From positions 34,103 through 98,102 of IMG/VR virus record IMGVR_UViG_3300037423_001065: a DNA stretch of 64,000 nt. The stretch is one strand, 5' to 3'. The stretch is from a virus. This document shows, in pieces, positions 18,313 to 27,056 of the stretch. The notes below the pieces were generated by a model. It made no database searches. It saw only the letters and a program-made list of their open reading frames with translations, and had not been told where the DNA came from. A program made the position numbers and the translations under genes. The first letter of the stretch is position 1, and each line of letters opens with the position of its first letter.

Positions 18313-18944
18313 CCGACCAGGTCCATCTGGCCGTCCGTGGCGCCCCTATCCGCCTTCCGGCGCTTCGCCGGCTTCGGCTCGAGCTTGTGCTCGATCGACA
18401 GGATGGTTCGGTCTGGCGCGCCCTCCAGGCGCTGACGCCAGGTGTCCTCGAACACCGGCTTGAAGCGCTCGGACAGGGCGGCGTACGTGAGCGGGCGCAG
18501 ACTTCGCAGCAGGTCCGGATTGGTCACGAACAGCCGGAACATCTCAGCGAACCACTCGGCGTCATCGGGGCAGTAGGACGTGAGCGGGTCCTCGCCGACG
18601 CGCTTGCGCATCTCGATGCTGAAATCGCTGTAGTACGGCCCGCGGCGCGCGATCGCGTTCACCAGGTCGGCGTGGTGCCCCAGCTCGTGCGCCAGGACGC
18701 CGTAGGGCGTGCGATCGACCGAGTGCCCGGGGAACGACCACTGCATGCCGGCGAAGCCGATCGAGGCGCACGCCTGCACGTTGATCGTGATGAGGCCGCG
18801 GCGGTAGTAGGCGCAGACGCCGAAGGGCCAGCCCTTCGGGTCAGCTTCCTCGACGGCCGGCAGCTCGAGCCCGTTCGCGGCGCAGAACCTGGCGATCAGG
18901 TCCTTGCCGCGCGCGAGCATCGACGGCTTGGTCTCGTACGTCAC
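18306..18944 (-). CDS. Zincin-like metallopeptidase (212 aa)
   Basis: LAHELGHH (HExxH) plus downstream EWFAE; GTGA overlap with thyX. Confidence 0.7.
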   Translation of the reverse strand: MTYETKPSMLARGKDLIARFCAANGLELPAVEEADPKGWPFGVCAYYRRGLITINVQACASIGFAGMQWSFPGHSVDRTPYGVLAHELGHHADLVNAIARRGPYYSDFSIEMRKRVGEDPLTSYCPDDAEWFAEMFRLFVTNPDLLRSLRPLTYAALSERFKPVFEDTWRQRLEGAPDRTILSIEHKLEPKPAKRRKADRGATDGQMDLVGS

Positions 18945-19591
18945 AGCGTCAGAACCTCGGCCAGCGCCGGGAACTGCTCGAGCAGGATGCGCTTGGCATC
19001 GAGCGCGATCGCGCGGTGCTCCTTCTGCGTTCCCTGTTCGGTGCGCAGCTCGACGTAGTGAATCCACGATCGGATCGTGCCGGCCATGTAGAGCACGCTC
19101 TCCGTCGTGCCCTCGGGCAGCACGGCGCGCGCGACCTCCTTCGCGATGCCCTTCGCGAGCGCCGCCTGGTAGACCTCCGCGGCGCGCTTGGCGTGTAGCG
19201 CCTGCATCGACGCCCACCAGCCCTGCAACTCCATGTCGTCGGTCTCGTTGCTGGCCTGGCGGTTCTTGGCGTCCTGCAGCCGGGCCTCGCGCAGCACGGG
19301 CGGCGCCACGACGGCCGCGTAGCGCTGGCTGAACTCCTGGAAGCTGAAACTGCGATGCCGCAGGATTTGCCGGGCAATGTCGCGCGTCGTCGTGATTTCG
19401 AGCGTCATGCTCGCCATCTCGAAGGGGGACCAATGCGCGTTGCCGGCCAGGTAGCGAAGCAGGCGCGTCGACGTGGCGGTGTTGGCCTGGTTCGCCGGGT
19501 TGCTCACGCGCGCGCAGTACGCGATGAGGTCGCCGGCCTCCTGGCAATCAGGGATGACCGGCTTGCTGATGGCGATGAGGCGGGCCGTCAT
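18941..19591 (-). CDS. thyX: FAD-dependent thymidylate synthase (216 aa)
   Basis: YCARVS, HWSPFE and RHRSFSFQEFSQRY signature. Confidence 0.96.
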   Translation of the reverse strand: MTARLIAISKPVIPDCQEAGDLIAYCARVSNPANQANTATSTRLLRYLAGNAHWSPFEMASMTLEITTTRDIARQILRHRSFSFQEFSQRYAAVVAPPVLREARLQDAKNRQASNETDDMELQGWWASMQALHAKRAAEVYQAALAKGIAKEVARAVLPEGTTESVLYMAGTIRSWIHYVELRTEQGTQKEHRAIALDAKRILLEQFPALAEVLTL

Positions 19592-20163
19592 GCTGCACCC
19601 GCGGTCTGCGTCTGGGGGAGCTCGTGCGACAGCAGCGGGAACATCGGCTCCCGGTAGCTGGCCGACTTCAAGAACTTGCCCTTGGGCGCGTCCGGCTGGT
19701 CGCTGGCCGACTTCATGATCATGGTCGGGTAGTCGCCCTCGAAATACACGTCCGTGACGCCGGCGGCCGCGTGTTTGGCGATCGTCGCCTCCTTGTCGGC
19801 CGGGTCCTTGATGAACCTGGTCATCACGCCGTCGATGACCGCGCGCATGTCCGCATCGGCGTCGATGCCCATGAGGTGGTGCGCGCCGTAGCTGAACACG
19901 TTTATGTCGCACAGCGAGTCGCGGACCTGGTGCAGGTCCGGCGCGTTGGGCATCTGGGCGACGGCCGCCTTCAACGCGGCGACGGCGGCCTTCGTGGCGG
20001 CCGGATCGGCGCCCAGAGCGATGAACAGCTCGCCGACCTCGTCGGGGATGTTCATGCACTGCTTGCCGATGCGTGCCCAGTTGATGCTGCTCGAGAAGCC
20101 CTTGGGGTTCCCGAACGCGTTGTTCATGTAGCTCACGAGCATGAAGTTAGTCGGTCCGTTCAT
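19588..20163 (-). CDS. MazG/PRA-PH-like nucleotide pyrophosphohydrolase (191 aa)
   Basis: DEVGEL...DSLCDINVFSYG...GKFLKS pattern; adjacent to thyX. Confidence 0.7.
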   Translation of the reverse strand: MNGPTNFMLVSYMNNAFGNPKGFSSSINWARIGKQCMNIPDEVGELFIALGADPAATKAAVAALKAAVAQMPNAPDLHQVRDSLCDINVFSYGAHHLMGIDADADMRAVIDGVMTRFIKDPADKEATIAKHAAAGVTDVYFEGDYPTMIMKSASDQPDAPKGKFLKSASYREPMFPLLSHELPQTQTAGAA

Positions 20164-20512
20164 CGTCCTCTTTCGTTGGTGGCCTTCCGGCCGGGGTGGA
20201 AATTCGGGCCTGGTGCAGGCGCTTCGCGTCCTCCAGGATTCGGTCGGCCGCCTCGAGTCCGCGGGCCTTGTAGATCGACGCCGGCACCGCGCTCGAGCGC
20301 CGGTTCTGGAACTCCTCCACGATCACGTCGCGGCCGGTCTTGCTGTCGTACGTCACGAGCTGCGATCGGTCCGGCACGCCGTAGAGGTACAGGTGCTTCG
20401 CCGCTCGGTTCGGCTTGTTGGCGAGCAACCAGGCGCACTCGCACTCGTGGCGCCAGGCTTCCGAGCTGGTGTCGACGGGCTCGCCGGTGAGCTCGCTGAT
20501 GACGGTCGGCAT
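20147..20512 (-). CDS. Hypothetical protein (121 aa)
   Basis: In operon; SEAWRHECE motif. Confidence 0.7.
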   Translation of the reverse strand: MPTVISELTGEPVDTSSEAWRHECECAWLLANKPNRAAKHLYLYGVPDRSQLVTYDSKTGRDVIVEEFQNRRSSAVPASIYKARGLEAADRILEDAKRLHQARISTPAGRPPTKEDDERTD

Positions 20513-20908
20513 TCAATGCGCCGCCATCCGCTGGTGGGTCGTGGGCGGCTTCTTCGGTACCGGCCAGAGCCGGCCGTCGCGGCGTCGCCAGTCGCGCGAC
20601 ATGCCGATCGCGAGCTTCTTCACGTCGAACCCGTAATGGCCCTCGCTGGCGTGCTCGTGAATGTCCTCCTCGACCATGCCGTAGATGTACCCGCCGCACT
20701 CGCCGGCCAGCCACGACTTGACGACCTCGCAATGCGCGCAGGTCTTGTACTGGCAGAACCGGCCGTCGAACACGCCGCTTTCGTAGCTGTACTTCTCGCC
20801 CGGCAGGATGGCCCGCCGGCACTCGTGGCACCGATGCTCCTTGCGCGCGGTGCGCATCTCGTCGGTGAGCAGGTTTACGCGCTCGTCGGCGCCGTCGATC
20901 ATGCACAT
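20513..20908 (-). CDS. Cys-rich putative Zn-binding protein (131 aa)
   Basis: ARKEHRCHEC...CAHC. Confidence 0.7.
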   Translation of the reverse strand: MCMIDGADERVNLLTDEMRTARKEHRCHECRRAILPGEKYSYESGVFDGRFCQYKTCAHCEVVKSWLAGECGGYIYGMVEEDIHEHASEGHYGFDVKKLAIGMSRDWRRRDGRLWPVPKKPPTTHQRMAAH

Positions 20909-20910
20909 GG

Positions 20911-22017
20911 TCAGGTCTTGACGATGGTCACGCGCTCGGCCGCGCGCGTGAGGGCGGTATAGAGCCAGCGCGCGGCGTTCTCGCGGAACACGGCCGACTC
21001 ATCGAAAACGAAAACATAGTCCCACTGCGAGCCCTGGGCCTTGTGCCCGGTGAGCGCCCAACCGAACGTGAACTGGTCGGCGTGCTTCTTCTCGAACCAC
21101 TCGAGGTCGGCCTCGGTGCCGCGGAAAAACTCGATCGGCGTCTCCACGTCGACCGGCAGGAACACCTTCGGGTCGTCCAGGGACTTGACCGTCATCTTCA
21201 CGCGCTTGGGGTTGCCGTCCTCCTTGAATCGCAGCGGCTCCCAAAGCGACCCGTTGAGCAGGCCCTTCGTACGGTTGTTCTTCAAGCACACCAGGCGATC
21301 GCCGAACACCGGCCGCTCGCCCTCGTACCCTTTGAGCTGGCGGATGCGAGCATTGAACGCCTGGCGCGTGCGATTGCGGCCGACGAGCACCTGGTCGGCC
21401 GCCAGGACCTCCTCGCGCTCGAGCTGGTCGCGCGTGATCACCTTGCTGTCGCCCCAGGTGCCGAGCTCGAGCGCGCGGCCCTCGCGCACGTCCATGGACA
21501 TGCGGATGATCGGGCTCTCGGCCGCCTGGCGGTGAATCTCGGTGAGCATCACGTCCGGCTCGCAGTCGGTGAAGTAGCCGGCCCCGTCGATCGGGGGGAG
21601 CTGCGCGGGGTCGCCCAGCACCAGGATGCGCGTGCCGTAGCTCACCAGGTCCTTGCCCAGCTCCTCGCCGACCATGCCGACCTCGTCCACGATGACCAGG
21701 CGGGCATACGCCACGTCGCTGTCCGGGTTGAGTTTGAAGATTGTCTCGCCGGTGATAATGTCCTCGTCGGGCTTGTAGATCGCGCTGTGAATCGTGCTCG
21801 AGGGCGAGCATCCCTTGCGACTGAGCACAAGGGCGGCCTTGCCCGTGAAGCACATAAACAGGACCCGGCCGTCAACGTCTGCCGCGATCTGCTTCGCCAG
21901 CGTCGTCTTGCCGGTACCGGCGAAGCCGAACACGCGGAAGATTTGCGGGCCGTGAGGGTCCGCAAGCCAACGCTTTATGGCGAGCAGGGCGCGGTCCTGC
22001 TGTGGAGACCACTGCAT
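20911..22017 (-). CDS. SF1B RecD/Dda-like helicase (368 aa)
   Basis: GFAGTGKT, IVDE, GDPAQLPP, HKAQGSQW, YTALTRA. Confidence 0.93.
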   Translation of the reverse strand: MQWSPQQDRALLAIKRWLADPHGPQIFRVFGFAGTGKTTLAKQIAADVDGRVLFMCFTGKAALVLSRKGCSPSSTIHSAIYKPDEDIITGETIFKLNPDSDVAYARLVIVDEVGMVGEELGKDLVSYGTRILVLGDPAQLPPIDGAGYFTDCEPDVMLTEIHRQAAESPIIRMSMDVREGRALELGTWGDSKVITRDQLEREEVLAADQVLVGRNRTRQAFNARIRQLKGYEGERPVFGDRLVCLKNNRTKGLLNGSLWEPLRFKEDGNPKRVKMTVKSLDDPKVFLPVDVETPIEFFRGTEADLEWFEKKHADQFTFGWALTGHKAQGSQWDYVFVFDESAVFRENAARWLYTALTRAAERVTIVKT

Positions 22018-22029
22018 CCGCGCCCCTGG

Positions 22030-23178
22030 TTAGAACACGTCGTCGTCGCTGCGCGGGCCGCCCGCCTGGCCGTTGCCCTGGGGCTCCTCCGGCGGAATGT
22101 CGTCCGGCGGGCCGCCTTCCTCCTGCGGCGGGGGCGGAGCGGGCGTCGGCGCCGGCGTGGGCTTGGGAGTGGGCTTCGGCGTCGCGGCGGGCTTCGCGGC
22201 GGCCGCGGCGGGCTTCGAGGCAGCGGCCGGCGCCGGCGTAGCGGCGGGCGCGGCAGGCTTCGAAGCCGCGGCAGGCGCGGGTGTCGCGGCAGCTCCGGCG
22301 GCGGCCGCCTGGGTGATTGCGGCCGCTTGGCTGGCGGCGCCGGTGGGCGCGGAGCCCGACACGTCGAAGTACTCGGCCGGCTTGCGGCCGTCGTTCTTGA
22401 TGGCGTTGTAGACGCCCGTGAGGTTGATCAGCTCGTCCAGCGTGCACGTGTCGATCGAGTGGCCCAGGTAGCTCTCGAGGTGCGCGATGGTCACGCCGTA
22501 CGTCTGGAACGCTGTCGCCATGTTGCGCACGCGTTCGGAGATGGGCTTGTCGACGGCGCCGGCGATCGTCGCGCGACACTTCGCGATGCCGGCCTCGACC
22601 ATCTGCTTCGGCACGAGCGCCAGGATGCGGCCGCGGATTTGCTTGCTGGCGACATTCGCGATGCGGTCGTCAATGTCGCGCTGGTCGCGCAACTTGCGCG
22701 GGCCGCTCTGCGTGTCGAGCGTGTGCATGACCGTGATCTGGCGCACGCTGCGATTGTTGTTCTCCATGTCCCAGGCGAACACCTCCACCTCGGACTTGCC
22801 CTCGGTGCGGCCCAGCTCGCGGTGGCCGTACTGGAAGTTGCCGAAGCAGCGCGCGACCTCCTCGGCGAAGCGGATGCTGGGGCCCGTCACCTTGCCGCCG
22901 GCGCGCGGCACGCTGTAGAACGCGGCCTGGGCGAACGCGGCCTGGGAGCACGCCTCCATGAAGTCGGCATGCGCCTTCGTCAAGCTGCGCGGGAAGCGCT
23001 TGGCGAGCACGAGCTGGCCCTGGGCCTCGGCGATCGCGCGCTCCTGCTCGATGGCGACGGCGCCGACGTTCATCGCGCCGTGGTCGCGCATGCGCGCGAA
23101 CGGGTCAACGCCGCCAGGCTGGCGCTGGCCCTGGGTTGCGGGCAGGTTCTCGCTGCCGGTTTCTTCGTGTTCGTTCAT
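22030..23178 (-). CDS. Putative single-strand annealing/recombination protein (382 aa)
   Basis: GAGG RBS before ATG 23178; AKRFPR...GPSIRFAEE domain; Ala/Pro linker; acidic DDDVF tail; in exonuclease module. Confidence 0.55.
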   Translation of the reverse strand: MNEHEETGSENLPATQGQRQPGGVDPFARMRDHGAMNVGAVAIEQERAIAEAQGQLVLAKRFPRSLTKAHADFMEACSQAAFAQAAFYSVPRAGGKVTGPSIRFAEEVARCFGNFQYGHRELGRTEGKSEVEVFAWDMENNNRSVRQITVMHTLDTQSGPRKLRDQRDIDDRIANVASKQIRGRILALVPKQMVEAGIAKCRATIAGAVDKPISERVRNMATAFQTYGVTIAHLESYLGHSIDTCTLDELINLTGVYNAIKNDGRKPAEYFDVSGSAPTGAASQAAAITQAAAAGAAATPAPAAASKPAAPAATPAPAAASKPAAAAAKPAATPKPTPKPTPAPTPAPPPPQEEGGPPDDIPPEEPQGNGQAGGPRSDDDVF

Positions 23179-23191
23179 GTTGTCCTCGGGG

Positions 23192-23797
23192 TCAGTGCAC
23201 TTGCGGGGTGTCGCCGGCGGGGGTGTCGCCGGCGGGCTGGGTGTCGTTGGCGGCCGCATCGGCCGCGGGCTGCTGGGGCTGCGCCGCGCGCACGACGGCG
23301 TCGGTGAGCTCCTGGATGCCGCCCTGGTAGAACTGGATGACCGGCGGGCCGCCCTGAATGAACACGAGCGCGACGTTCGGCTGGCCCTTGTCGTCGTTGA
23401 GGACCGCCATCTGGCAGAGGCGGTTGTGCACGGCCATGGCCGACAGCACCATCTCCACGGGCAGGTCCAGCACCGTGGCCTCGTCAAGCTGGCCGATGAG
23501 GGCCTGCGCGTCGTGGTAGGTGATTTCCGCGTCGTTCGGGTCCAGGCCGGGCCGCGTGAAGCGCACCAGGCGCGCGTGCGGCATGTACTCGTCCGGGTTC
23601 ATGTTGCCCATGAGCCAGTCCGTAATTTCGCGGCTGTCCTCGAACAGACCGGTCGTGTCCTGGAGGGCGGCCTCCATGGTGGGGAACTCGTCGTTGCGCT
23701 CGTTGTGATAGAAGGCGGCGCGGTTGTTTGCGACGATCGCAGTTGCCAATTCGTAGGTGTGCCCGGTGGGGAAAGCGAGCTGGATGAAGGGTTTCAC
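23192..23797 (-). CDS. Hypothetical protein (201 aa)
   Basis: GGAG RBS plus GTG; own promoter upstream. Confidence 0.75.
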   Translation of the reverse strand: MKPFIQLAFPTGHTYELATAIVANNRAAFYHNERNDEFPTMEAALQDTTGLFEDSREITDWLMGNMNPDEYMPHARLVRFTRPGLDPNDAEITYHDAQALIGQLDEATVLDLPVEMVLSAMAVHNRLCQMAVLNDDKGQPNVALVFIQGGPPVIQFYQGGIQELTDAVVRAAQPQQPAADAAANDTQPAGDTPAGDTPQVH

Positions 23798-23822
23798 GGG
23801 TGCTCCAAAAATGATGAGGTTG

Positions 23823-23852
23823 ATTCTATTTGATCAAGTCAGCAGGGGTCCA
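23823..23852 (-). promoter_or_regulatory. Sigma70-like promoter with TTGATCAA box in spacer
   Basis: TGGACC-18-TAGAAT; TTGATCAA at 23830-23837. Confidence 0.6.
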
Positions 23853-23859
23853 GATTTTT

Positions 23860-25155
23860 CTAGTGCTCGATCGCGAAGTCGTCGCCGGTGACGCGCGTAA
23901 CGAACATCTGGAGCCCGCTGTCGGTGGCGCGCGCGCGGAACGCCTCGAGCGCTTCCGGGTCCAGGGCCTCGATGCGGTCGACGCAGATGACGCCCAGGTC
24001 GCCGGCGCGCACCTGGGCGAGCTCGACAGCCGCCTCCACCTGGCGGGCGGTGTTCACGCGATCGAACGGCACGCCGTCGATATAGAGCTCGCCGTCCTTG
24101 ACCTCGGCGCCGGTGATCGGTAGCGACTCGAGCAATTCCAGCTTGTACGCGTCGATCGCCGCGAGCTGTTCGGTCTCGCTGGCCGCCTGGGTCTCCAGCG
24201 ACTCGAGCTCGGTCTCCAGGTTCGCGATGGTCTCCAGCGTCTGCTGGCGCCGGCCGTGGGCCTCGCGATCGCCGGCGATGCGGTCCAGGGCCATGCGCAC
24301 CGGCTGCGAGTCGGCGTTGTACTTCTCCTGGTTCTTCTGGCGCTGCGCGTTTGCCTTGCCCTCGGCCGTCGTGTATCCCTCGCGCAGGCCCGAGATTTCC
24401 AGTTGCAGCGCGGCGATCTTGTCCATGCGCTCCTGGATACCCTTGTCGCGATCGGCGCGCATGCCTTCGAGCTTCGTGTCGATGCGCTGCTTCTCGCCGA
24501 GGAGCCAGGCGTCGAGCTCCGCCAGCTTGGCGCGCAGCTCCTGCTCGTCGCCGTCGGCCTGGCCCTGCGGTACCGGCGGCAGCGCCTGGCGAAGCTGGGC
24601 GATCGTCGCCGACTTCTCCTTGACGGCGCGGTTGGTGCCCGTGCGGCCGTCGTAGACCTGCTGGCGCACGTCGTCAATCACGGTGAGCGCGTGCACGCCC
24701 TGGCGCTGGCGCGGCTCCATGCCGGTGATCTTCGCCAGGCGCTCGTAGTCGGCCTCGATCGGCAGCGACTCGAGCAGCACGCGCACGCGGTCCTTCGAGT
24801 CGGCGAGCAGGAACTGGACCGGGTTCACGCTGAGCGCGTCGGTGATTTGGCGCAGCGCGTCGACGGGCTTGTTCACCCTCTTGCCCTCGCGCTTCACGAC
24901 GGTGTCGGAGCCCGACTCCGTCACCTTGCGCGTCACCTCGGTGCCGTCGTCCAGGAGCAGGACGATTTCGCCCTTCTTCTGGCCGGCGCGCAGGAGCGTG
25001 GCGTCGTGCCCGCCCTTGAGCGCCGCCTTGATGGCCTCGAGGATGCTGGTCTTGCCGGTGCCGTTCTTGCCGCTGATCTGGTTGAAACCGTCGGGCGTGA
25101 ACTCGAACTCCTCGATGCCGAGGATGTTCTGGATGCGGACGTGTGTGATGCGCAT
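23860..25155 (-). CDS. SMC/SbcC-like AAA ATPase (431 aa)
   Basis: GKNGTGKTS Walker A; long coiled coil; ICVD Walker B. Confidence 0.88.
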   Translation of the reverse strand: MRITHVRIQNILGIEEFEFTPDGFNQISGKNGTGKTSILEAIKAALKGGHDATLLRAGQKKGEIVLLLDDGTEVTRKVTESGSDTVVKREGKRVNKPVDALRQITDALSVNPVQFLLADSKDRVRVLLESLPIEADYERLAKITGMEPRQRQGVHALTVIDDVRQQVYDGRTGTNRAVKEKSATIAQLRQALPPVPQGQADGDEQELRAKLAELDAWLLGEKQRIDTKLEGMRADRDKGIQERMDKIAALQLEISGLREGYTTAEGKANAQRQKNQEKYNADSQPVRMALDRIAGDREAHGRRQQTLETIANLETELESLETQAASETEQLAAIDAYKLELLESLPITGAEVKDGELYIDGVPFDRVNTARQVEAAVELAQVRAGDLGVICVDRIEALDPEALEAFRARATDSGLQMFVTRVTGDDFAIEH

Positions 25156-25158
25156 GGC

Positions 25159-25749
25159 TCAGGCCCCCAGCTCGCGAAGGCGGTTGGAGAGAAGGCCGTA
25201 CGCGCGGCCGACGTGCAGCTCGGCGAGCTCGGTCCAGTCGGCGACGATCGCGCCCCAGGTGGGCGACAGCTCGCCCATGCGCTCGAGGTGAGGCGCCAGG
25301 CGCGGGACGGTGCGCACGAGCTCGAAGCAGCGCGAGAAGTCATCGGCGTCGCGCGGGTGCGCGGTCGGGTCGCGCAGCTCTCCTGCTTCGAACTGGTACC
25401 CGGTGAGGTGCTGGAACATCGCCATGGAGCTGTTGCCACGGTCGCCGGCGCCGAGCCACTTCGCCGAGCCCTCCGGCAGTCCGAGCTGTCGCTCGATGGC
25501 CTCGTACTTGGCGATCGCCGCCGGCGCCAGCACTTCGCGCAGCTCCTTGCAGTCGTCGGGCTCGCCGAACGCGAAGTTGGCGCCGGCCAGGCGCGCGAGC
25601 GTCGGGTCCATGATGGCCTTCTTCGGCTCGTGCGTGAGCTGCGCGAGCGCGCCGAACACGCGCATGGGGACCATGCCGAAAATCAGGACGCACCGCCGAC
25701 GGTGCTCGATCGTGTAGCGGGCGTCGCCGCTGATGAGGGTCGTGTTCAT
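25159..25749 (-). CDS. Hypothetical protein (196 aa)
   Basis: ATGA overlap with exonuclease stop; HPRDADDFSRC motif. Confidence 0.7.
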   Translation of the reverse strand: MNTTLISGDARYTIEHRRRCVLIFGMVPMRVFGALAQLTHEPKKAIMDPTLARLAGANFAFGEPDDCKELREVLAPAAIAKYEAIERQLGLPEGSAKWLGAGDRGNSSMAMFQHLTGYQFEAGELRDPTAHPRDADDFSRCFELVRTVPRLAPHLERMGELSPTWGAIVADWTELAELHVGRAYGLLSNRLRELGA

Positions 25750-26585
25750 CGCTTCATCCACTTCGGAAGTTCAAGGGGCAGCGCCTCGATGCCGTAGTCG
25801 GGCCAGGCCGTCGCGGTGCCGTACGTCTGTTTCAGTTGCACGATGCGACCGAAGTCGCGCCGCGCGGTATCGCGCGCCACGGCGATCTGCTCCGGCGTCG
25901 CGAAGTAGATGCCGATGGCATAGGGCGGCTTCTTTTCCACCGCCAGGTACACGAACGACTGGGGCGTCTGTCCGTACAGAATGTCCATCACGTCGAAGTA
26001 CCAGGGCGGCTGCAGGTCATAGCGGAAATTCGCCACGGACCGGCCGAAGCCTTCGGGGCTCGCGTCCTCGGTGGACTTCACGTCGATCGCCATGTCGCCG
26101 GCATCGCGCAGGTAGTCGAAGCGGCACTTCACGAGCTCGTTGTGCTCCGGGTCCAGCGCGAAAAACGTCTGCTCCGGCTTGCCGTCGGTGAGAAGGCCGC
26201 GCGCCACGGGATGGCGGTAGACGGCGTCGCGCACCAGGAGCACGGCCTGGTAGTCCTCATCGGCCAGGATGATCTTGCCGGCGTGCTCCGCGCAGAACGC
26301 CGCGTATTCGGCCTTGCCGGCGTTCGAGCGACGGTCGATGCCGGGATTCGGCACGCACACCGCGCTGAGGGTGTCGGGCTCGAGGATGGCCGAGTGGATG
26401 CACGTGCCGAGCTGCATCGCCGGCGTGGGCTCCGATCGCTCGCGCTCCGGATTGAGGTACTTGTGCCAGTAGTGCAGGGGCGCCTGGTTGGCGATCACGT
26501 CCAGGTGCGACTTACTCACGCCAGGCCCGGCGTGGTATTCGTCGTTCGTCATCTCGACGTGCCCCATGGGGGTGTTCTCGTGCAT
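25746..26585 (-). CDS. Exonuclease VIII/RecE-like PD-(D/E)XK nuclease (DUF3799-type, 279 aa)
   Basis: YHA..VSKSHLD; LGTCIHSAILEP; KCRFD..IDVKST; YDLQ; GAGGAG RBS. Confidence 0.9.
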   Translation of the reverse strand: MHENTPMGHVEMTNDEYHAGPGVSKSHLDVIANQAPLHYWHKYLNPERERSEPTPAMQLGTCIHSAILEPDTLSAVCVPNPGIDRRSNAGKAEYAAFCAEHAGKIILADEDYQAVLLVRDAVYRHPVARGLLTDGKPEQTFFALDPEHNELVKCRFDYLRDAGDMAIDVKSTEDASPEGFGRSVANFRYDLQPPWYFDVMDILYGQTPQSFVYLAVEKKPPYAIGIYFATPEQIAVARDTARRDFGRIVQLKQTYGTATAWPDYGIEALPLELPKWMKR

Positions 26586-26595
26586 CGGGCTCCTC

Positions 26596-26698
26596 TTGAT
26601 CAAAAATGGGTGAGCGGATTCTCAATCAAATTTGATCAAGTGGCAACGGCTTTTTGTTCGCGTCGCAAATTTGCGACACGATAACCATTGATCAAAAT
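26596..26698. promoter_or_regulatory. Divergent control region with three TTGATCAA boxes and a 16-bp palindrome
   Basis: TTGATCAA at 26596, 26632, 26688; GTCGCAAATTTGCGAC at 26662-26677; leftward TTGCCA-17-GAGAAT; rightward TTGCGA-16-CAAAAT. Confidence 0.75.
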
Positions 26699-26747
26699 TG
26701 AGCGCCTGGGCTAAACTCGCGGCACTTGCACCTTTTGAGGACCATCA

Positions 26748-26999
26748 GTGCCCGCCGCCGAGACGAAACCGTACGACGAGGAGTTCCGCGATCGACTACA
26801 GAAGATCGAGGCGGACGTGCTCGAGCTCGGTCTGAACTTCACCGTGATCTGTAGCCGCGCCGGCATCAGCCGCGCGACACCCGACCGCTGGAAGCGGCAC
26901 ACGCCCAAGACCATCGCGCTGGTCGCGAAGGTGGAAAGCATCATCGCCGAGGAGCGCGCCAAGCTGCCGCGCCGTCGCCCGGCACGCAAGAGGGCATAG
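26748..26999 (+). CDS. Cro-like HTH regulator (83 aa)
   Basis: FTVICSRAGISRATPDRWK HTH; first gene after divergent promoters. Confidence 0.7.
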   Translation: MPAAETKPYDEEFRDRLQKIEADVLELGLNFTVICSRAGISRATPDRWKRHTPKTIALVAKVESIIAEERAKLPRRRPARKRA

Positions 27000-27056
27000 C
27001 CAACGAAACACCCGCGGGGCCCGGACCCTTCAAGTTCGCACTGGGCCCTTCACGAC

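Noticed and set aside
23206-23250. Tandem GGTGTCGCCGGCGGG repeats
   Set aside because: Encode a low-complexity DTPAG C-terminal tail; no independent role evident
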